Assembly (NCBI GenBank): GCA_002269645.1
Contig: NIVC01000695.1
Location: 372,001-436,000, forward strand
From: Macrostomum lignano
Taxonomy: Eukaryota
Length of the DNA stretch: 64,000 nt
Reading direction: 5' to 3'
Position numbers and translations under genes: made by a program. Under the pieces are notes generated by a model. That model made no database searches. It was not told the origin of the DNA and worked only from the letters and a program-made list of their open reading frames with translations. Of the stretch, positions 60,701 through 64,000 are shown in pieces; position 1 is the stretch's first letter, and each line of letters starts with the position of its first letter.

Positions 60701-61845
60701 AATTAATACGACCTATCGTATTATACCGTCTAAAATCTTGCATATGACCGTATTTATATTTCATATAATTTATATTTCAGAACAGCATGCTTCAAGTCAC
60801 GCAACAACCTATTTACAACTTGTTTGACCTCACTGACGATGCTTACAGCGTAGAAGTGACTGACAACTAAGCAGTTTAATAATTGTCTAGAGTTATCCAT
60901 CGAGATGCGTAGGTTCCGTGTACACCTGACATTCCTCTTAATTCTTCTTTATAACGCCGACACCATGGACGCTGACGGACTCGCTCGAACAGCAGTTGAT
61001 GGCCTGCTGCATGCTGCGTTCAATATTGGTGATGTCAGCCTGGTCTGTCCCAAGCCACCTGTTGCGCCGTTGGCGACTCCAGCTGGCAGGCCACATCATC
61101 CGCGCTGAATCGTACTCATCAGTAAAGTACTCATTAAAGTAGCTCATAGTTACAATTATATTGTCTTCTCCAATTTAATGTTTAACTAAAACATTTTGTA
61201 ATGTCGCTTTCAGAAGTTTGAGACTTCACAAACTCAAAACTTAATTTAACAAAGCAGTTAAAGCAGTTTTATCCTACTTGTAGTAGTTCAGGCCTGCCAA
61301 TTTTTCACAGGTCAAAATGCATTAACACGGTTCAATGATTTTTTTATTTATCTAGTCTTGTTAATCACTACCTTACAATGTGAGAGTCATAAAAAAGCGC
61401 TTTTGACTTCACTGGTAATATCTTCACGCAATAAAGCTTGCTTTTTTTTATTAATTTTACTTCTTCAAATTCAAGTAGAAGTCAAGTACAAATTCACAAA
61501 ACATAATCCTCCAGTACTGACAATTATTGCAAGTACATACGATCGTACTTTGTTTCTTTGCAAATATACACGGTTTAACAATCTAATCAGTCTTCTCTAG
61601 ACACTAAAGTTATTTTAAGAAATTAATTTGGTCACGAGTTTAACTTTAGCTCAAAGTTAAGTTGGCATCTATAATTAATCTTAAAGTTCGTTTGAAACAC
61701 CAATGCGACACACAGACCAAGTAAGTCTACAGATCTACGTACAGGTCTACAGATTTATTAATACTAATTGTATGTAATTAGAGATCACTAGAAGCTACCG
61801 TTACGATAAAACGGCAACTTATAATAGTCCTTAATGATATGGTAC

Positions 61846-62302
61846 TCTCCGGTCTGACTCCGGTCTGACTCCGATCTGACTCTGGTCTGACTCCGGTCTG
61901 ACTCCGATCTGAATCCGATCTGACTCCGATCTGACTCCGGTCTGACTCCGATCTGAATCCGATCTGACTCCGATCTGACTCCGGTCTGACTCCGATCTGA
62001 CTCCGGTCTGACTCCGGTCTGACTCCGATCTGAATCCGATCTGACTCCGATCTGACTCCGGTCTGACTCCGATCTGACTCCGGTCTGACTCCGATCTGAC
62101 TCCGGTCTGACTCCGGTCTGACTCCGGTCTGACTCCGATCTGACTCCGGTCTGACTCCGGTCTGACTCCGGTCTGACTCCGGTCTGACTCCGGTCTGACT
62201 CCGGTCTGACTCCGGTCTGACTCCGGTCTGACTCCGGTCTGACTCCGGTCTGACTCCGGTCTGAATCCGATCTGAATCCCATCTGAATCCGATCTGAATC
62301 CA
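61846..62302. repeat. 11-nt satellite (CTGACTCCGGT / CTGACTCCGAT), ~41 copies
   Basis: Tandem units, paralogous to 34393-34927. Confidence 0.97.
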
Positions 62303-63687
62303 GTTTCCTTACCTTTTTCAATTTACTTCAAGGATTATTAGTTGTGCAGATCTAACCTAGTTCCTCCTGCCTAATATATTCGCATTTAATTGTTTAAACT
62401 GCATGTAATACTAATAAGTATAAAGTTCCGAGTGCTTAGGTAGAGAATTTTCTAATAAGTCACTCGTGCAACCATAGTGAGGCAAAAAATAAAGAAAACA
62501 ATTTTTTTGACAAATAAAAATCAGTTTTGGAAACTTAAAGCATAAAAGTACATACCATTGCTAACAATGCATTTGTAAACTCATTGTCATTCACAAATAA
62601 TGATAGGTGCGAAAATTTCTATACTGATTAATTTACAGAAGAGTGCAGCTTGTTGTACTCCAATCACCATTTTAGCTATAGCAGCACCCTATCAAAAGAT
62701 TTTCTTAAAGCGCTCTATACACTTAAATGGCAGACAAAATCTAGTTTAAATGAATTGGAAAGCGGTGGCAGTTAGACTATAATAAGTCGAGCAATTTAAA
62801 CAAATCAGATAGCAAAATAGCAGCGACGGGCATGCATGTACGAGTATATAAAGGAGTTCAACGTTGCGTTGTAAAAAAGATGGCAAAATTATTGTTTGTA
62901 CCAATGACGAAAGATGCAGCAATATTTAGTCACTGCAAAAAGCACATTTCCATATGGAACTTCGAGCAGAGAATAAATACACGTACGACAAATCAATGAT
63001 TCGTACGAGATACTTGCTGTCATAATAGACTGAGAGCTGAGATTTCATTTTACAGAATTTTGTTAGTTTAAGCTAAAAAATTCGTTTCCAGTGAATCGGG
63101 AATCCTAGAAATTTACTGGTAATCGTCAACAGATACTACTAATAACTCAGGTAGCTCGCGGTGCCACATCTCAACAAACGCATTTTAGGGGATGATAAAA
63201 TCTTTCCTTTCAACTTGTCTACAGAGTTATCCATTACACATTGCCTCAAAATATTGTTTCTCCTAAACTCAGAAATATTTGACTGTAGGATGTAAAGGTA
63301 ATTTAAATTTCACAAAAACAGCAGAAAGTACATTAAACAGCTGAGCCACTACATTTAGATATTGTCGTCAGCAAGGAATGAGAACACTTTAAAGTAGAAC
63401 ATGTACGTTCTCAAGCATATATTATCATACTACTGATCTAAAAAGCAACTTAAGAAATGCACAATTCTCAATCAATAGAATTACATCAAGAAATCACTGA
63501 CATCAGTATCACATCAAGATTCAATCAAAGTACAACAAACATGTACAATTACATATGTATGTAGATATGTCAATGAAGATTTTAAGTACTTTTTATGTCA
63601 ATTATTAAATACGAAAACTTTTTAAAGGCATTTGCGAGATTCGAACAGACAGAAAGCCTAGAAAACCCACAACCAGTACAGGGACTG

Positions 63688-63999
63688 TCAAACGTAGCTC
63701 TCGTCCAATCGAGAGCACGCCAGAAACGCTTCGGACAATCTCGGCCGAATCAACTGGACAACGTCCCGCTCTTCCAAATCCTCTGAGCCCACGCTGTCGT
63801 GAATCTGCCTCAGGGCGGCCAGCGCTGCCACCAGTACAGCGTCGGAATTGTTGCGCTCCTCCGGACGACGACAGAGCTGCGCTAGTCGGTTCGCCCCGGT
63901 CAGCTCGACGACTATTTGGGCTGCGGATGCGTCACGAGCGAGACGGCCCAGCGCAATTGCCGCTTTCTGCTGGAGACGCTCGCAAGCCGACGATTGTAC
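63688..63999 (-). CDS. insc: Inscuteable homolog, C-terminal coding exon (continues beyond the window)
   Basis: Minus strand reads ERLQQKAAIALGRLARD..RLAQLCRRPEERNNSDAVLVAALAALR..QLIRPRLSEAFLACSRLDESYV*, closely matching the INSC C-terminus as recalled (ERVQQKAAVTLARL..ERNSSDAVLVACLAALR..EESFV). Not in the supplied ORF track. Confidence 0.9.
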   Translation of the reverse strand, partial: VQSSACERLQQKAAIALGRLARDASAAQIVVELTGANRLAQLCRRPEERNNSDAVLVAALAALRQIHDSVGSEDLEERDVVQLIRPRLSEAFLACSRLDESYV

Positions 64000-64000
64000 A

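Overview
Eukaryotic (animal) genomic DNA with spliceosomal introns, GC-rich exons and many intronic minisatellites. The style is consistent with an invertebrate such as the flatworm Macrostomum (inference, unverified). In order: (1) two tandem genes for ALK/LTK-type glycine-rich proteins, the complete one with a signal peptide and PAN/apple-like domain but no TM or kinase (1-5141, +); (2) an AT-rich, TAGGCCTA-rich decayed region with a Ulp1/SUMO-protease remnant (~7.4-14.9 kb); (3) a full-length, apparently intact LOA-like non-LTR retrotransposon with 15-bp TSD (15011-20764, -); (4) two hAT MITEs in inverted orientation just upstream of a 4-exon IAP gene (2 atypical BIRs + RING, 21733-26378, +), which has a different minisatellite in every intron; (5) a ~30-kb mosaic duplicated region (29-59 kb) with six copies of an unrecognised 4-exon small-protein gene, MITEs, a Gypsy fragment, DIRS-like fragments, a foldback element and a TGT...ACA insertion; (6) a CORE-SINE and the last coding exon of inscuteable (-). 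Best leads: the orphan tandem family, including a splice-junction TGA followed by a conserved LPCGC tail and a K-turn/SECIS-like 3' hairpin; the secreted PAN + ALK-GRD proteins; and the MITE palindrome at the IAP 5' end. All assignments come from motif reading; no database searches were run.
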